A DNA stretch of 64,000 bases from an uncultured Desulfobacterales bacterium (GCA_964539635.1 CAZIJN010000005.1:78765-142764), one strand, 5' to 3'. Numbered from the stretch's first letter, positions 45,769 through 56,535 are shown. Translations and numbers: made by a program. Notes: generated from the letters alone by a model not told the origin.

Positions 45769-48700
45769 ATGAGATTTGAGAGGCTGCTTATACCCGCATT
45801 TGGTCCTTTTACAAATTTTGATATTAGATTCCCCTCAGCCGTATCTGATCTTCATATTATTTACGGATCAAACGAGGCTGGAAAAAGTTCTCTTTTACGT
45901 GCATTCCGTGATCTGCTGTTTGGTATCCGCGGACACTCTTCAGATAATTTTCTGCACGATTACAAAGATTTACGCATAGTTGGAGAGGTGAACAATAGAA
46001 CCGGAGAGCGTTTTATATTTCAACGCCGTAAGGGCAATAAAAACACCTTGTTGGATAACGATGGAAATCCCATTCCAGAAACAGCTCTTCTTCCTTTTCT
46101 TGGAAGTGTTGATATCTCTTATTTTTCTACAATGTTTGGACTTGGAGCACGCGAACTACGTGACGGAGCAGAGCAGCTTCTCCGGGGTGAGGGTGATATG
46201 GGCAATGCCCTGTTTTCAGCAAGTTTAGGCGGAACTCCGGTGCAAATGGTTTTATCATCTTTGATTCAGGAATCTGAACGTCTATTTAAAGGTAAGGCAA
46301 CCGCAAATGTCTCAATACGTCCTAATTTAAAACAATATAAAGAGCTTTTAAAACTTAGCCGTGATGCTGCTGTAAATCCTGAACTATGGGAAAGTATTGA
46401 ACAAGAGCTTAATCTAAGCAAATCTAAAAAGGAGAAGTTAGAACAAGAGATTGCTGGATTTACAATAGATTTGGAGTGGATTAACAGTTGTGAATCTGCT
46501 CTGCCCATAGTAGGGCGTTTAGACGAGGAGATGAGAAAGTTGGAGATTATCCCTTCTATGCCTGAGCTTTCAAGTGATTTTATCGGGCGGGTGAGAATCG
46601 CAAGAAAAGCTGCAAGCGACTCAGAGGCAGAAGTCCATCGTCTGTCAAACATTATTGATAAATTGGAAACTCAGTTAGCTGATTGCCATACCTCCCCTGC
46701 CCTGTTGGCTGAGTCTGATACTATAGAGCGTCTTCACCAGAATATGACTCTTTACGGAAAAAAGAACTCGCTTATTGAGCTTGAGAGCGAGATTGCTGAG
46801 ATTGAATCAACATTACGATCAGGAATGCAGCGGCTTGAAGCTGCTGGAACTATATCAGAGCTTGAAAAGTTGGTTTTGAGCAGTAAAGATCGGCTGATGT
46901 GCGAAGAGGCGGCTGGCATTTTGCAAACGGCAGCAGATGATTACGATAAAAATAGAGATAAGATAGATGATATCCAACGTCAGATTGAGGCAAAAGAGAG
47001 GCAGTTAAAGACTCTTCCTGAAAAGGATTTACAAAATCTTAGAGATGCACTTGCTACTGCTGCGGTTGCAACTGATGCGAATAAAACCCTTAGAGGTGAT
47101 GAGTCTGAGGTCAAACGGCTGCAATTGGAGATAAATGATCTGCACAAAGAGCTTAAAGGTGCTCCTGATGATCTAAATAGAACAGCAGCTCTTCCTATCC
47201 CTTCAAAATCTACTATTCATCGAATTGGTGAAGAGATGGCTGAGATAAAGAGGCTCATCAAGATAGAAGAGAATAAAATATCTGACGGAAAGAGGCGCAT
47301 AGAATCGATTCAAGCTGAACTTGGAAGAATAGACAGGCGTGGAGAGCTGCCGTCAGAAGATGCTCTTTGCAAAGCGCGGGAACTCAGAGATTATGGCTGG
47401 CAACTGGTTCTTTCAGATTGGAAGGGATATACCGATATTAATCCAAAAGATGAGCATGAAAGTTATGTTAGTAAAAGTGAGTTCACTCAAGGAGTTCCTC
47501 TTGAAACGGCTTTTCCTCAATCAATTGCACAGGCTGATCGCATTGCAGATCAACTGCGTGAGCAGGCTGAAGCTGTCGCACAGGTAGAGGAGAAACGATT
47601 TCAGATAGCTAAATCTGAGCAGCAGAACAGAGATGCCGAAGAGGCTGTCAATCAGCTTCAAGCTAAACTGCAAGAGGCTCAATTATCGTGGGAATCTGTA
47701 TGGCTTGAATGCAGCATTAAACCTTTGACTCCTGTTGAGATGGACGAATGGCGTGAGAAATGGAGTCAATTCAAAAATCTGCTTCGCCAACTAAGGTCTT
47801 CTGAAGAGTCTTTGGATCGAAAAAAGAGGCAGATAATGCAGGCAAAAAAAGAACTTGGCACTGTTCTTGCTGTATCAGAAGATAACGAGTTTGAGCTGCT
47901 TTATGATAAGGCAAGACAACTGGTGCAGCAGGGAGAAGAGTCAAGAGGCAGAAGAGAGGGTATATTAGAAGAGCTGTGTATGCTCAAAAGCCAGTTGGAA
48001 ACTTTAAATCAAAATGATCTTAAAATAGGTAAAAGAAAAGAGAGTGCTTTAGAGAGTTGGAAATTACAGTGTGCAAAAATTGGTATTTCAGATACGATAT
48101 CTGCTTCATCTGGTTTGGCTCTTTTGAGAGAGAGGACAGAAATTCTTTCAACATTTGATAGATGGAAAAAGTTGAGTGTAAAGTATGAAAAAAAATTTGC
48201 CGAGTTTAAACAGTATGAGCATAATGTAAAATCCCTCTACAACTCTATTTTATTGCAAAACAGAGCTGTTTTTGGGGTTGAAAGTTTGTCAGAAGCGGAA
48301 AACGAAACTACTGAGGCTAAAGTATCAAGACTTTGGAAGGCACTTGCCAGTGCTAAAGAGGCTGAAATTAATCGCAAGCAGATTTTAAGCAGGATAGAGG
48401 AGGCATCAACTGAACTAATAGCTGCTAAAGAGTTATCTGTTCAGGCAGCGGGCGATTTAGAAGAGCTTACACGCTTGGCACGGCTTAATAGTTCAGACGA
48501 GTTAGAGTCTTTTATTTCAAATTTAGAGCAGCGAAATGAGATACTCAATAAAATAGCAGGTTTGCGTGATACATTAAGTGCTCTTGCCCGTGGAGAGATT
48601 GTAGAACAATTTATATCACGCATAAAAGCAGAGGATAGAGAGACTCTTTTATTGAGAAAAAGCTCTCTTAACACCCTTAAAAAGGATAAGATGGAAGAAC

Positions 48701-49329
48701 TCCAGCAGCTAAATGACACTTTGTACTCACTTAAAGAGAGAAAAAAGTCTCTTGAAGATAGAGGAGACGCTGCATCAAACTATCTTCAGAGGGCTGAATC
48801 TTGTGCTGCAATATTAAAAGATGATGCTTCTCGATTTGTTCGTCTTCGTTTGGCTATCAATTTTTTGCAAACGCAGATTGAGCGTTTTAGAAAGGAGAAT
48901 CAAGGTCCTTTGTTAGAAAAGTCTGGACAGATATTTAACAGCATAACGCAGGGGGCATTTTCAGGACTTGGGGCTGAGTTTAACGCTGATGATACTCCCA
49001 TACTTGTCGGCTTGCGTGCAGATCAATCTGCTGTTCCTATTGAAGGAATGAGCGATGGAACAAGGGATCAGCTCTATCTTGCTCTTCGTATGGCAGCACT
49101 TGAGCGTTACCTTGAGCAGCATGAACCAATGCCGCTTATTCTTGATGATCTGCTGATTACATTTGATGATGAGAGGGCTAAAGCCATTATTCCGCAGCTT
49201 GCAAAATTGGCTCAACGTACCCAGATATTTCTTTTTACCCATCACAGCCACCTTGTAGAGCTGTGCCTTGCAGCGATTGGTAAGGAGAATTTTTACATCC
49301 ACAATCTAAATAGTACAAACAACGACTAA
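45769..49329 (+). CDS. YhaN-like AAA/SMC-type ATPase with long coiled coil
   Basis: MRFERL..FGPF, YGSNEAGKSS, MSDGTRDQLYLALR, PLILDDLLITFDDER, LFTHH. Confidence 0.9.
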   Translation: MRFERLLIPAFGPFTNFDIRFPSAVSDLHIIYGSNEAGKSSLLRAFRDLLFGIRGHSSDNFLHDYKDLRIVGEVNNRTGERFIFQRRKGNKNTLLDNDGNPIPETALLPFLGSVDISYFSTMFGLGARELRDGAEQLLRGEGDMGNALFSASLGGTPVQMVLSSLIQESERLFKGKATANVSIRPNLKQYKELLKLSRDAAVNPELWESIEQELNLSKSKKEKLEQEIAGFTIDLEWINSCESALPIVGRLDEEMRKLEIIPSMPELSSDFIGRVRIARKAASDSEAEVHRLSNIIDKLETQLADCHTSPALLAESDTIERLHQNMTLYGKKNSLIELESEIAEIESTLRSGMQRLEAAGTISELEKLVLSSKDRLMCEEAAGILQTAADDYDKNRDKIDDIQRQIEAKERQLKTLPEKDLQNLRDALATAAVATDANKTLRGDESEVKRLQLEINDLHKELKGAPDDLNRTAALPIPSKSTIHRIGEEMAEIKRLIKIEENKISDGKRRIESIQAELGRIDRRGELPSEDALCKARELRDYGWQLVLSDWKGYTDINPKDEHESYVSKSEFTQGVPLETAFPQSIAQADRIADQLREQAEAVAQVEEKRFQIAKSEQQNRDAEEAVNQLQAKLQEAQLSWESVWLECSIKPLTPVEMDEWREKWSQFKNLLRQLRSSEESLDRKKRQIMQAKKELGTVLAVSEDNEFELLYDKARQLVQQGEESRGRREGILEELCMLKSQLETLNQNDLKIGKRKESALESWKLQCAKIGISDTISASSGLALLRERTEILSTFDRWKKLSVKYEKKFAEFKQYEHNVKSLYNSILLQNRAVFGVESLSEAENETTEAKVSRLWKALASAKEAEINRKQILSRIEEASTELIAAKELSVQAAGDLEELTRLARLNSSDELESFISNLEQRNEILNKIAGLRDTLSALARGEIVEQFISRIKAEDRETLLLRKSSLNTLKKDKMEELQQLNDTLYSLKERKKSLEDRGDAASNYLQRAESCAAILKDDASRFVRLRLAINFLQTQIERFRKENQGPLLEKSGQIFNSITQGAFSGLGAEFNADDTPILVGLRADQSAVPIEGMSDGTRDQLYLALRMAALERYLEQHEPMPLILDDLLITFDDERAKAIIPQLAKLAQRTQIFLFTHHSHLVELCLAAIGKENFYIHNLNSTNND

Positions 49330-49375
49330 AGGGCAAAAAATTTAATCTAACAATTAAAAGTCAGGAGAATTTAAT

Positions 49376-50506
49376 ATGAATAAGCGATATTATACGAGAC
49401 TCTTTTGCACTGCTATTGTGTCAACTGCACTACTAACCGGCTGTGTAGTATATCAAGACCCGGCTACAAGCAGCTATACTGATAATTATACAAACAGCTA
49501 TGATTATAATAATTCTTATAGTTCTGACTCGCCGCCTCCGGTTGAATTTTACAATTCACCAGAATTGGTAGTTATACCAGAAACTTATGTGTATGCTGTT
49601 CCTGATGCCACTGTTGATATCTTTTTTTATGACGGCTGGTGGTGGAGACCTTGGAATGGCAGATGGTATCAATCACGACACTATAGTTCCGGCTGGAGAC
49701 ACCATAGAGGTGTGCCGAATTTTTATAGAACTATACCCGGTAACTGGAGAAGTGAATATAGAAACCGCCGATGGAGAGGACATGAATGGAATCATAAGAG
49801 AATACCTTATAAACATGTAGAGCGTAACTGGAGACAGTGGGAAAATAAAAAACATTGGGAGAGAGAGCACCATTGGGGTGTGAAAGATTTTAAGCCGAAC
49901 AGAAGACACGATCAACCGGATAGGCGTTTTTCTCCTGATCGGAATCATAATAACACCCGCCCTGACAGATTCGAGCCAAGAAGAGATAACAATATCAGAC
50001 ATGATAGAATTGAACCAAGAAGAGATAATAACCAAAATCGCCCTGACAGGTTTGAGCCAAGAAGAGATAACAATATCAGACATGATAGGATTGAGCCAAG
50101 AAGGGATAATAACCGCCCTGACAGGTTTAACCCAAATAATGATAACCGCAACCGTCCTGACAGGTTTAATCCAAATAATGATAACCGCAACCGTCCTGAC
50201 AGGATTGAACCAAGAAATGATAACCGCAACCGTCCTGACAGGTTTAAGCCAAATAATGATAACCGCAACCGTCCTGACAGGTTTAAGCCAAGACCAGATA
50301 ATAACGTCCAAAAGGATAGAGTTATGCCGGAACGAGAAAATCCTAATCGAAGAGAAAGACAAGATCGAAGGCATAGAGATGACGCTGTTCAGCCTCCCCA
50401 ATCTCCTCGCCATGAACAGAGAAAAATAGAAGATGCAAGAGAGCAGATACTTGAAAATAAAAGACGTTATGATGAACAATTAGAGATTAATAAAGACAGC
50501 CCCTGA
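49376..50506 (+). CDS. Lipoprotein with Trp/Arg-rich region and long R/D/N/P repeat tail
   Basis: Lipobox LLTGC; YDGWWWRPWNGRWY..; tandem RPDR repeats; GGAG RBS. Confidence 0.75.
   Translation: MNKRYYTRLFCTAIVSTALLTGCVVYQDPATSSYTDNYTNSYDYNNSYSSDSPPPVEFYNSPELVVIPETYVYAVPDATVDIFFYDGWWWRPWNGRWYQSRHYSSGWRHHRGVPNFYRTIPGNWRSEYRNRRWRGHEWNHKRIPYKHVERNWRQWENKKHWEREHHWGVKDFKPNRRHDQPDRRFSPDRNHNNTRPDRFEPRRDNNIRHDRIEPRRDNNQNRPDRFEPRRDNNIRHDRIEPRRDNNRPDRFNPNNDNRNRPDRFNPNNDNRNRPDRIEPRNDNRNRPDRFKPNNDNRNRPDRFKPRPDNNVQKDRVMPERENPNRRERQDRRHRDDAVQPPQSPRHEQRKIEDAREQILENKRRYDEQLEINKDSP
49958..50308 (+). repeat. In-frame tandem repeat, nine units of 12-14 codons
   Basis: R(P/H)DR(F/I)xPxxDN.. units; the last five have a 39-bp period (gataaccgcaaccgtcctgacagg..). 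Confidence 0.9.
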
Positions 50507-50552
50507 TATATATACTCTATAATAGGGCATTAATTGAGCTTTTCACATTTAA

Positions 50553-50580
50553 GTAGAGACGCACGGCTGTGCGTCTCTAT
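50553..50580. repeat. GTAG-type REP-like palindrome, likely bidirectional terminator
   Basis: gtagagacgcac-ggct-gtgcgtctcta between convergent genes. Confidence 0.8.
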
Positions 50581-50584
50581 TTTA

Positions 50585-53443
50585 TTAGCCAGAGACATTT
50601 AATGGATCGATTAATGAGTCGATCTCTTTTCTAAGTTTTTTATTATAAAAATCAACCTGCACAGGATTGGTCATTATCATATCAAGCTGCCTTGTGTGAA
50701 GAGTCAGATGACCGAGAATTTTAAGCCTACTTTTCATAAAAGGTTCATCATAGCCCTGAATCCTTGCAGCTAAATGATCGTCTCGTATTACTGATCTAAA
50801 GCCGTAATCTTCAAGAATATTTCCTATAAAGTGAACTCTGTTAAGGCGGCGCTGCCTGTCTGCTGCTCCGCCTTTGAACTGGAAGCTGACATAGTTTTCA
50901 GGTGTACGCTCGCTTACCAATGCCTCCATCACTGAAAAATGATATCCAAGCCTTGAGTTTAGGCTGCAATAGTGTTTTGAAATCATAAAGTAGTTGTGCT
51001 GTGCATAGGCAGATTGTATGCCGGTGGTAAGGGCTGTATTTGCAGTTGACTGAAACATTACAGACATCATTCCTTTTCCGTCCATTGCAGGAGGTCCGTC
51101 CCATGGTATTGCAACAAATCCGTCCCAAAATGCAAGCATCGGTATTGAGGCTATCTCTTCAAGTTTTACATATTTGCCCTTTATAGGCACAGCAAACCCA
51201 TCATCTAAATCAAGAATATACCACTGCATAGGAACTTTGTAATGAAGCTGCTTGCTGCTCTTTTCTGGAAAATTGTGGTTTTTTCCAAAGCTGAACATCT
51301 CAGCTACAGATTTTTCATGGATAAAGCGTGTGATATCGTGAAATGTTTTGCAGTTAGCCGGTTTAAAGTCAGTAGAATCTGGATCAAGAAGTCCTAAAGG
51401 AACTATATGGCGGGAGCATCTTTCTAAAATATTATAAACAGGACTGTCTTTCATAGGGTTTGTTTTTAGGCTGCACCCACTGTTATCTATCCATTTATCA
51501 AAATTCTGCCTTCCATCGTTTACATTATGATCATCAGTACTAATCGTGCTGCCTATATTTTCAAGACACTCTCCATTTTGAAAACCTGCTCCTCTCCAGA
51601 CTGCTGTAATATCTGCATTTACGGTTATCTGCTCACCTTGCGTTACTGCTGAGGTTATCCCTTTGACTCCAAAAATTGCAGGAACGCGAAACTCTCTTGC
51701 CACACTTGCAAGATGGCTTGCAGCACTGCCCTGCTCTGATACAATAGCCGATGCTCTTGCCACAACGCTTGCCCATTCAGGAAGTGCCTGACGGATAATC
51801 AGAACCGAACATACTGGAAATCGTAATATATCTACATGTTTAAGTGCTACAAATGCCTCACCTGAAGCAGTACCAGGAGAGGCGGATATACCCTCTCTTG
51901 AAATTAGATTTTTTTCAATATATCGCTTTTGCTCTGGAGAGAGTCTATCTTCAATAGATATAGTCTCATCTGAATTGCCATACCCTGTAAAATCATCTTG
52001 CTGATCGTTTGAGCTGTTCTGCTGAAGAGGTCTGCTTTGAAGAATCAGCAGATTACCTACATTGTCAACTGCCCACTCAATATCTTGGGTAGAACCAAAA
52101 TGCTCTTCAAGTCTTAGGGCAATCTTTGCAAGCTCAATAACCTGATCTGATGAAATTGACGCTATATTTCGCTGATCTTCTGCTACCTCTGTCCGAAACA
52201 CACCCTCTTCAGGGTAGCAGACAAATTTTTTCTCCTTAACCACAATCTCCTGTCTGATAATTTTAAGCCCGTTACGCGATACCACAAAAAGATCGCTTGG
52301 CAATGCTCCGTCAACAACTGCCTTTGGAAGACCAAAAACAGAGTTTATAAATATGGAGTTGTCGCTCTTGTCAACTGGATTGCCCGAATACATAACCCCT
52401 CCGACCACAGCATCAACCATCTGGACACAGCCGACAGCCATTGGAAGGTCTTCATCTCTGAACCCTTTATTTATACGGTACATCATTGCGTGAAGGGTAT
52501 ATTTACTTGCTACAACTGTTTTGTATGCTTCAAAGAGCGATTCTCTGCTCACATTGAGTTCTGAATGATACTGCCCTGCAAACGAGCTTTTCATTGAGTC
52601 CTCTCCAAGTGCACTGCTTCTTAGTGCAACCCTTAACGGAGATTTATCCATGATATTATGTTCAGACTCAATTTTATCCCATGCAGTTTCAATCTCTTTT
52701 TTCACGGCATCAGGTATTTTTGCCTGTATAATCATCTGGCGTATCTTACCGCTCAATAGGTGCATAGCCTCCATATCATCATGATCAGTTGTCTGCACCA
52801 AGCGGTCAATCTCAGTTTGGACTCCCTCTTCACCTGCATGGACAAAAAGATCGTAAGCATAAGATGTAATTACAAAACCAAGTGGAATGCTAACATTGCA
52901 GCATCTGCCTATCTCTGCAAGAGATGCCATCTTGCTGCCGACAAGATCAGACGGAAGTTTTAGAGCTAAAGAGTCTTGAGCAGCATTTTTTAGTTTGTTT
53001 TCTTGAGATTTAGGAAGTTGGAGAGGAACGACAATATCTCTTGGTATGAGCGGACGTTTTTCCATCAAGATATCATCAACAGATTTACGTATCTGAAAAA
53101 ATACAGGAGAGAGCATATCATATTTTTCAGGTGCAAGAAGTTCAATATTTCTTATCATTCTGAGAACATTTACAGAAACATCTGTGCATTTAGAGCGGAT
53201 AAATGTTATTGGAAAAGGCTTGTTGCCTACAAGTGCATGTTCAATCTCTGCCATTCCTTCAAGAGATTTCTGATTTGCAGCAAGCAGGACTTTAAAGTTA
53301 TGGTATCGCTCTTTAAATTCATTTCTAAGCTCTTCTGCCTTTTGACGCTCTTCAGGAGTCTCTTCAGGCTCTGTTATATTAAACCACTGTTTCAGCGTAT
53401 CAATCCAGCCCATATTTTCCCTCTTCTGCTTTTGGATATTCAA
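50585..53443 (-). CDS. PEP/pyruvate-binding domain protein (PEP-synthase-like ATP-grasp plus phospho-His swivel domain), function unknown
   Basis: VALRSSALGED..SFAGQY, QDIEWA..LQSRPL, SHLASVAREF; no full PpsA C-terminal barrel recognisable. Confidence 0.82.
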   Translation of the reverse strand: MNIQKQKRENMGWIDTLKQWFNITEPEETPEERQKAEELRNEFKERYHNFKVLLAANQKSLEGMAEIEHALVGNKPFPITFIRSKCTDVSVNVLRMIRNIELLAPEKYDMLSPVFFQIRKSVDDILMEKRPLIPRDIVVPLQLPKSQENKLKNAAQDSLALKLPSDLVGSKMASLAEIGRCCNVSIPLGFVITSYAYDLFVHAGEEGVQTEIDRLVQTTDHDDMEAMHLLSGKIRQMIIQAKIPDAVKKEIETAWDKIESEHNIMDKSPLRVALRSSALGEDSMKSSFAGQYHSELNVSRESLFEAYKTVVASKYTLHAMMYRINKGFRDEDLPMAVGCVQMVDAVVGGVMYSGNPVDKSDNSIFINSVFGLPKAVVDGALPSDLFVVSRNGLKIIRQEIVVKEKKFVCYPEEGVFRTEVAEDQRNIASISSDQVIELAKIALRLEEHFGSTQDIEWAVDNVGNLLILQSRPLQQNSSNDQQDDFTGYGNSDETISIEDRLSPEQKRYIEKNLISREGISASPGTASGEAFVALKHVDILRFPVCSVLIIRQALPEWASVVARASAIVSEQGSAASHLASVAREFRVPAIFGVKGITSAVTQGEQITVNADITAVWRGAGFQNGECLENIGSTISTDDHNVNDGRQNFDKWIDNSGCSLKTNPMKDSPVYNILERCSRHIVPLGLLDPDSTDFKPANCKTFHDITRFIHEKSVAEMFSFGKNHNFPEKSSKQLHYKVPMQWYILDLDDGFAVPIKGKYVKLEEIASIPMLAFWDGFVAIPWDGPPAMDGKGMMSVMFQSTANTALTTGIQSAYAQHNYFMISKHYCSLNSRLGYHFSVMEALVSERTPENYVSFQFKGGAADRQRRLNRVHFIGNILEDYGFRSVIRDDHLAARIQGYDEPFMKSRLKILGHLTLHTRQLDMIMTNPVQVDFYNKKLRKEIDSLIDPLNVSG

Positions 53444-53537
53444 AAACTAAATTTATAGGATTGCTATGGTAATATTTTATTCCAATTCCTAAGGTATATT
53501 ATGCACAATTAAAAATGAAACTTTAATATAAAAATAT

Positions 53538-53567
53538 GGGGTAGAACCCATTTTTAAGCTCTACCCC
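53538..53567. terminator. GC-rich hairpin between the membrane-protein gene and the PEP-binding gene
   Basis: ggggtaga-N14-tctacccc. Confidence 0.5.
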
Positions 53568-53656
53568 AACCTTGCACACATCAAGCGGATAATCATGGGC
53601 GAACATGCAGGATACACCTGATATGTGATGGATTCGACTTCAACTCGTTGCTGCAA

Positions 53657-54355
53657 TTAATGAGATAGCTTCATACCCCATCCTTCAAAGAGGAACATAA
53701 TAGAGAAACCAAACCACATTGTGTAGATTACATAAAAAACAAGAGAGAATACTACAACGCCAGCTTTATCTTTTATCTTTTCTGCTGGAACTTTATAGTA
53801 GTTATATGAGCACTCGACTGATCTGGTCATTATGTTATTTACAAACTTGGCTTCAGCAAATTTTTCCTGTTTTGTCAGTGACTTGTTAATGCCTTTTAGA
53901 ATGTTCCACCAGTTGTAAAGAACCTTTTTCTCGTCATAACTCTCATCATAACCATATTTCTCTTTGAGTTTTTTTCCATCATTTGCAAACATTACATCAG
54001 CGTCTGAAAGTGCAGCTTGAAGAATTGCTCCGAGACTGCCTTCAACTGCTACGTTCACATCATTTTGTATAGCTTTTGCACCTGTTGTATTTATAATCTG
54101 CATAGCTTCTGCTGCCATCTCTGCTGATTTTAAATCAAAATTAACAGCTATATTGTTATCTTTATGCTGTTCAGTGTCTTTAATAAGTCCGGGTATATAG
54201 TAGGCAGAACCTTTGGAAATGGAGTTATACAGATTATCCATAGCGTTAATCGCATGGTGTCCGTTAAAAATCGGCATGAACATCATAAATAGAACTATGA
54301 GAAATCCAGCCATCAGAACCGCACCTTTGAGAAATATATTTTTATGAGCAATCAT
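53657..54355 (-). CDS. Hypothetical membrane-anchored protein accompanying TauE
   Basis: N- and C-terminal TM helices; DNLYNSISKGSAYYIP, VECSYNYY; 2 bp from the tauE stop. Confidence 0.7.
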   Translation of the reverse strand: MIAHKNIFLKGAVLMAGFLIVLFMMFMPIFNGHHAINAMDNLYNSISKGSAYYIPGLIKDTEQHKDNNIAVNFDLKSAEMAAEAMQIINTTGAKAIQNDVNVAVEGSLGAILQAALSDADVMFANDGKKLKEKYGYDESYDEKKVLYNWWNILKGINKSLTKQEKFAEAKFVNNIMTRSVECSYNYYKVPAEKIKDKAGVVVFSLVFYVIYTMWFGFSIMFLFEGWGMKLSH

Positions 54356-54357
54356 TA

Positions 54358-55641
54358 TTATCTGCCTCCTTCGCCTTTAAGTACTTTAATGTTCATAAGA
54401 AAGGTTCCTATTACCCAGACAGCAAAACCGCCTATTACAATAAAGAATGAATAGACTCCTATACCATCAAGTATAGCAATTGTTTTTGGGCTGATTGATA
54501 TAATGTCGAGTGAGTTTAGTTTGGCTGGAAGGGCGAAAATTCGGTTTACAAAACCTGCAAGAACTGCCATTGCATAAAATCCGCGGATTGTGATGCCTGT
54601 AACAACTTTGGTTACTAATGCACCAATCTGAATGCCGATAAGAGAGCCGAGCAGCATGCCCATTGCCATTGTGTAGAAGATAAAACCGTAAATAGCATAC
54701 TGAGTTATTGCAGCATAACCAGCAGTAAAAACAATCTGAAAAATATCAGTTCCAACTGTGGTCATTGAGGAGACACCGAGAATATATACAAAAATTGGGA
54801 AAGTTAGAAAACCGCCGCCAACACCCATGATAGAAGCAGTAAGACCAACAAGAGCACCGCTCATAATAAGAAATACACAGGAGATTTTTCTACCCCCAGG
54901 CACTACGCCTTCGTCAAATGTTATCATTGGAGGAATATTGATTGCCTGAAGTTTTTTGGGAAGATTACCTAAATCTGTACCTTCTGCTTTTCCGCCGTGT
55001 GCACCACCTGTATCTCCGGCTTTTCTTGCTTTAAGAAAGTCCATCATTGAATAGGCACCAAGCATTCCAAGCATAAGAGAATATACAGTTGTAATAAAGG
55101 CATCGCTCAATACAGGGTTGATTTCATAAAGAACACGGTTCAGCATACCGCCGACTGTTGCACCGATAATAGCTCCAATTAAGAAAATAAGAGCTAATCC
55201 AACAGATACGTTGCCAAGTTTTCTGTGGATAACGCTTCCCATTATAGCTTTTGCAAAAATATGGAAAAGGTCTGTTCCAACAGCAAGAATACCTTTAATG
55301 CCGGCACTCATAAGTGCAGGAGCAATGATAAATCCGCCGCCAGCACCAATACAGCCTGTAATAAGACCTGCACAAACACCGATAAGAATTGATGCAATAA
55401 AGATAAACGGGGTGAAGAATGCAGGGCTGTATGCAGTTTTACCGCCAAGCATGTGCGGCATTACATCTCCTACTTGATCTGCAAAGGCAACTCCAAGTAC
55501 TGCTATAGGAATGCACAGAAGCAGAAGTATGATCAATCTTCGTTTGTCGTTCATAATAGTGTTGGAGATATCCATCTCCCACTTGGCATGAGCTTTCGCT
55601 CCCATCATCATAAATTGTCCAAACTCTTTGAAAAATTTCAT
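54358..55641 (-). CDS. TSUP (TauE/SafE) family permease
   Basis: GCIGAGGGFII, AVGTD, MGVGGGFLTFP, TTVGTD duplicated motifs. Confidence 0.88.
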   Translation of the reverse strand: MKFFKEFGQFMMMGAKAHAKWEMDISNTIMNDKRRLIILLLLCIPIAVLGVAFADQVGDVMPHMLGGKTAYSPAFFTPFIFIASILIGVCAGLITGCIGAGGGFIIAPALMSAGIKGILAVGTDLFHIFAKAIMGSVIHRKLGNVSVGLALIFLIGAIIGATVGGMLNRVLYEINPVLSDAFITTVYSLMLGMLGAYSMMDFLKARKAGDTGGAHGGKAEGTDLGNLPKKLQAINIPPMITFDEGVVPGGRKISCVFLIMSGALVGLTASIMGVGGGFLTFPIFVYILGVSSMTTVGTDIFQIVFTAGYAAITQYAIYGFIFYTMAMGMLLGSLIGIQIGALVTKVVTGITIRGFYAMAVLAGFVNRIFALPAKLNSLDIISISPKTIAILDGIGVYSFFIVIGGFAVWVIGTFLMNIKVLKGEGGR

Positions 55642-55701
55642 ACGATTAAATTTCCTTTTTTTATTGTTGTCATTTGATCAGGATATTTCCTGAAATCGGT
55701 T

Positions 55702-56097
55702 CTATTTTTTTAATTTTCCTTCCTGAATAACCTTATTTGCATGAGCATCTTGGAGTTTGTAATACAGCTCATCAATATTCATTGGTTTCATCAGATAATC
55801 GTAAGCTCCGCACTCCATTCCCTGAACCGCAACCTCAATGTTGGCGTGTCCTGTGAGCATGATGACCTCAATCAGTCCATTGATCTCTTTTATCTTTTTA
55901 AGGGTCTCAAGACCATTTATCCCGGGCATTTTCATATCAAGCACTACCACATCAACCGGAGATTCTTTTATGATGGAGAGAGCCTTTTCGCCATTGCCAG
56001 CCATCAAAATATTGAGCTGGCGCTTTTTAAGTCTTTTACCTAAAGGCACTAAAAAATCCTCTTCATCATCAACCAGCAATACATTGAATCCGTCCAT
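55702..56097 (-). CDS. Stand-alone response regulator receiver
   Basis: LLVDDE, LDMKMPG, YLMKP; ATG 56097 after GGAGG. Confidence 0.9.
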   Translation of the reverse strand: MDGFNVLLVDDEEDFLVPLGKRLKKRQLNILMAGNGEKALSIIKESPVDVVVLDMKMPGINGLETLKKIKEINGLIEVIMLTGHANIEVAVQGMECGAYDYLMKPMNIDELYYKLQDAHANKVIQEGKLKK

Positions 56098-56136
56098 TTG
56101 TATCCCCTCCTTCCATAAGCAATACATTCAATCCGA

Positions 56137-56535
56137 TCATTGATACTTTTTTCTATTTTCATGAATTTCCCTGATTTTTTTTACCAGCTCCTCAAAATCA
56201 TAGGGCTTGGGAAGGCAATCTACAGCACCGGAATCAATACCTTTTTTTGCATCTTCAAGAGAACCGTGTCCGGTAATCATGATGACTGGCATATCAATAC
56301 CTATCTCCTTTAATGCTTTTAAAACTTCAATGCCATCCATGAACTCCATTTTGAGATCAAGCAGCATTATATCGAACTTTTGTCTCTTGCACTGCTGAAT
56401 TGCTCCGTCTCCACTTAGTGCAGTGGTAACGTTGATATTGCGTTTGCCAAGGCGTTTGGAAAGCACCTGAACAAATCCCTCTTCGTCATCTACCAGAAGC
56501 AGTTCAATGGTGTCAGATTTAGTCTGATTTTCCAT
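56137..56535 (-). CDS. Stand-alone response regulator receiver
   Basis: LLVDDE, LDLKM, CLPKP; ATG 56535 after AGGAG. Confidence 0.9.
   Translation of the reverse strand: MENQTKSDTIELLLVDDEEGFVQVLSKRLGKRNINVTTALSGDGAIQQCKRQKFDIMLLDLKMEFMDGIEVLKALKEIGIDMPVIMITGHGSLEDAKKGIDSGAVDCLPKPYDFEELVKKIREIHENRKKYQ

Noticed and set aside
49673-50479. 268-aa and 107-aa minus-strand ORFs and the 142-aa alternative-frame ORF
   Set aside because: Shadow frames produced by the stop-poor tandem repeat of the plus-strand lipoprotein.
53570-53650. Possible structured RNA (cacacatcaag..catg-ggcgaa-catg..ctgatatgtg)
   Set aside because: Pairing is discontinuous and no known RNA motif was recognised.
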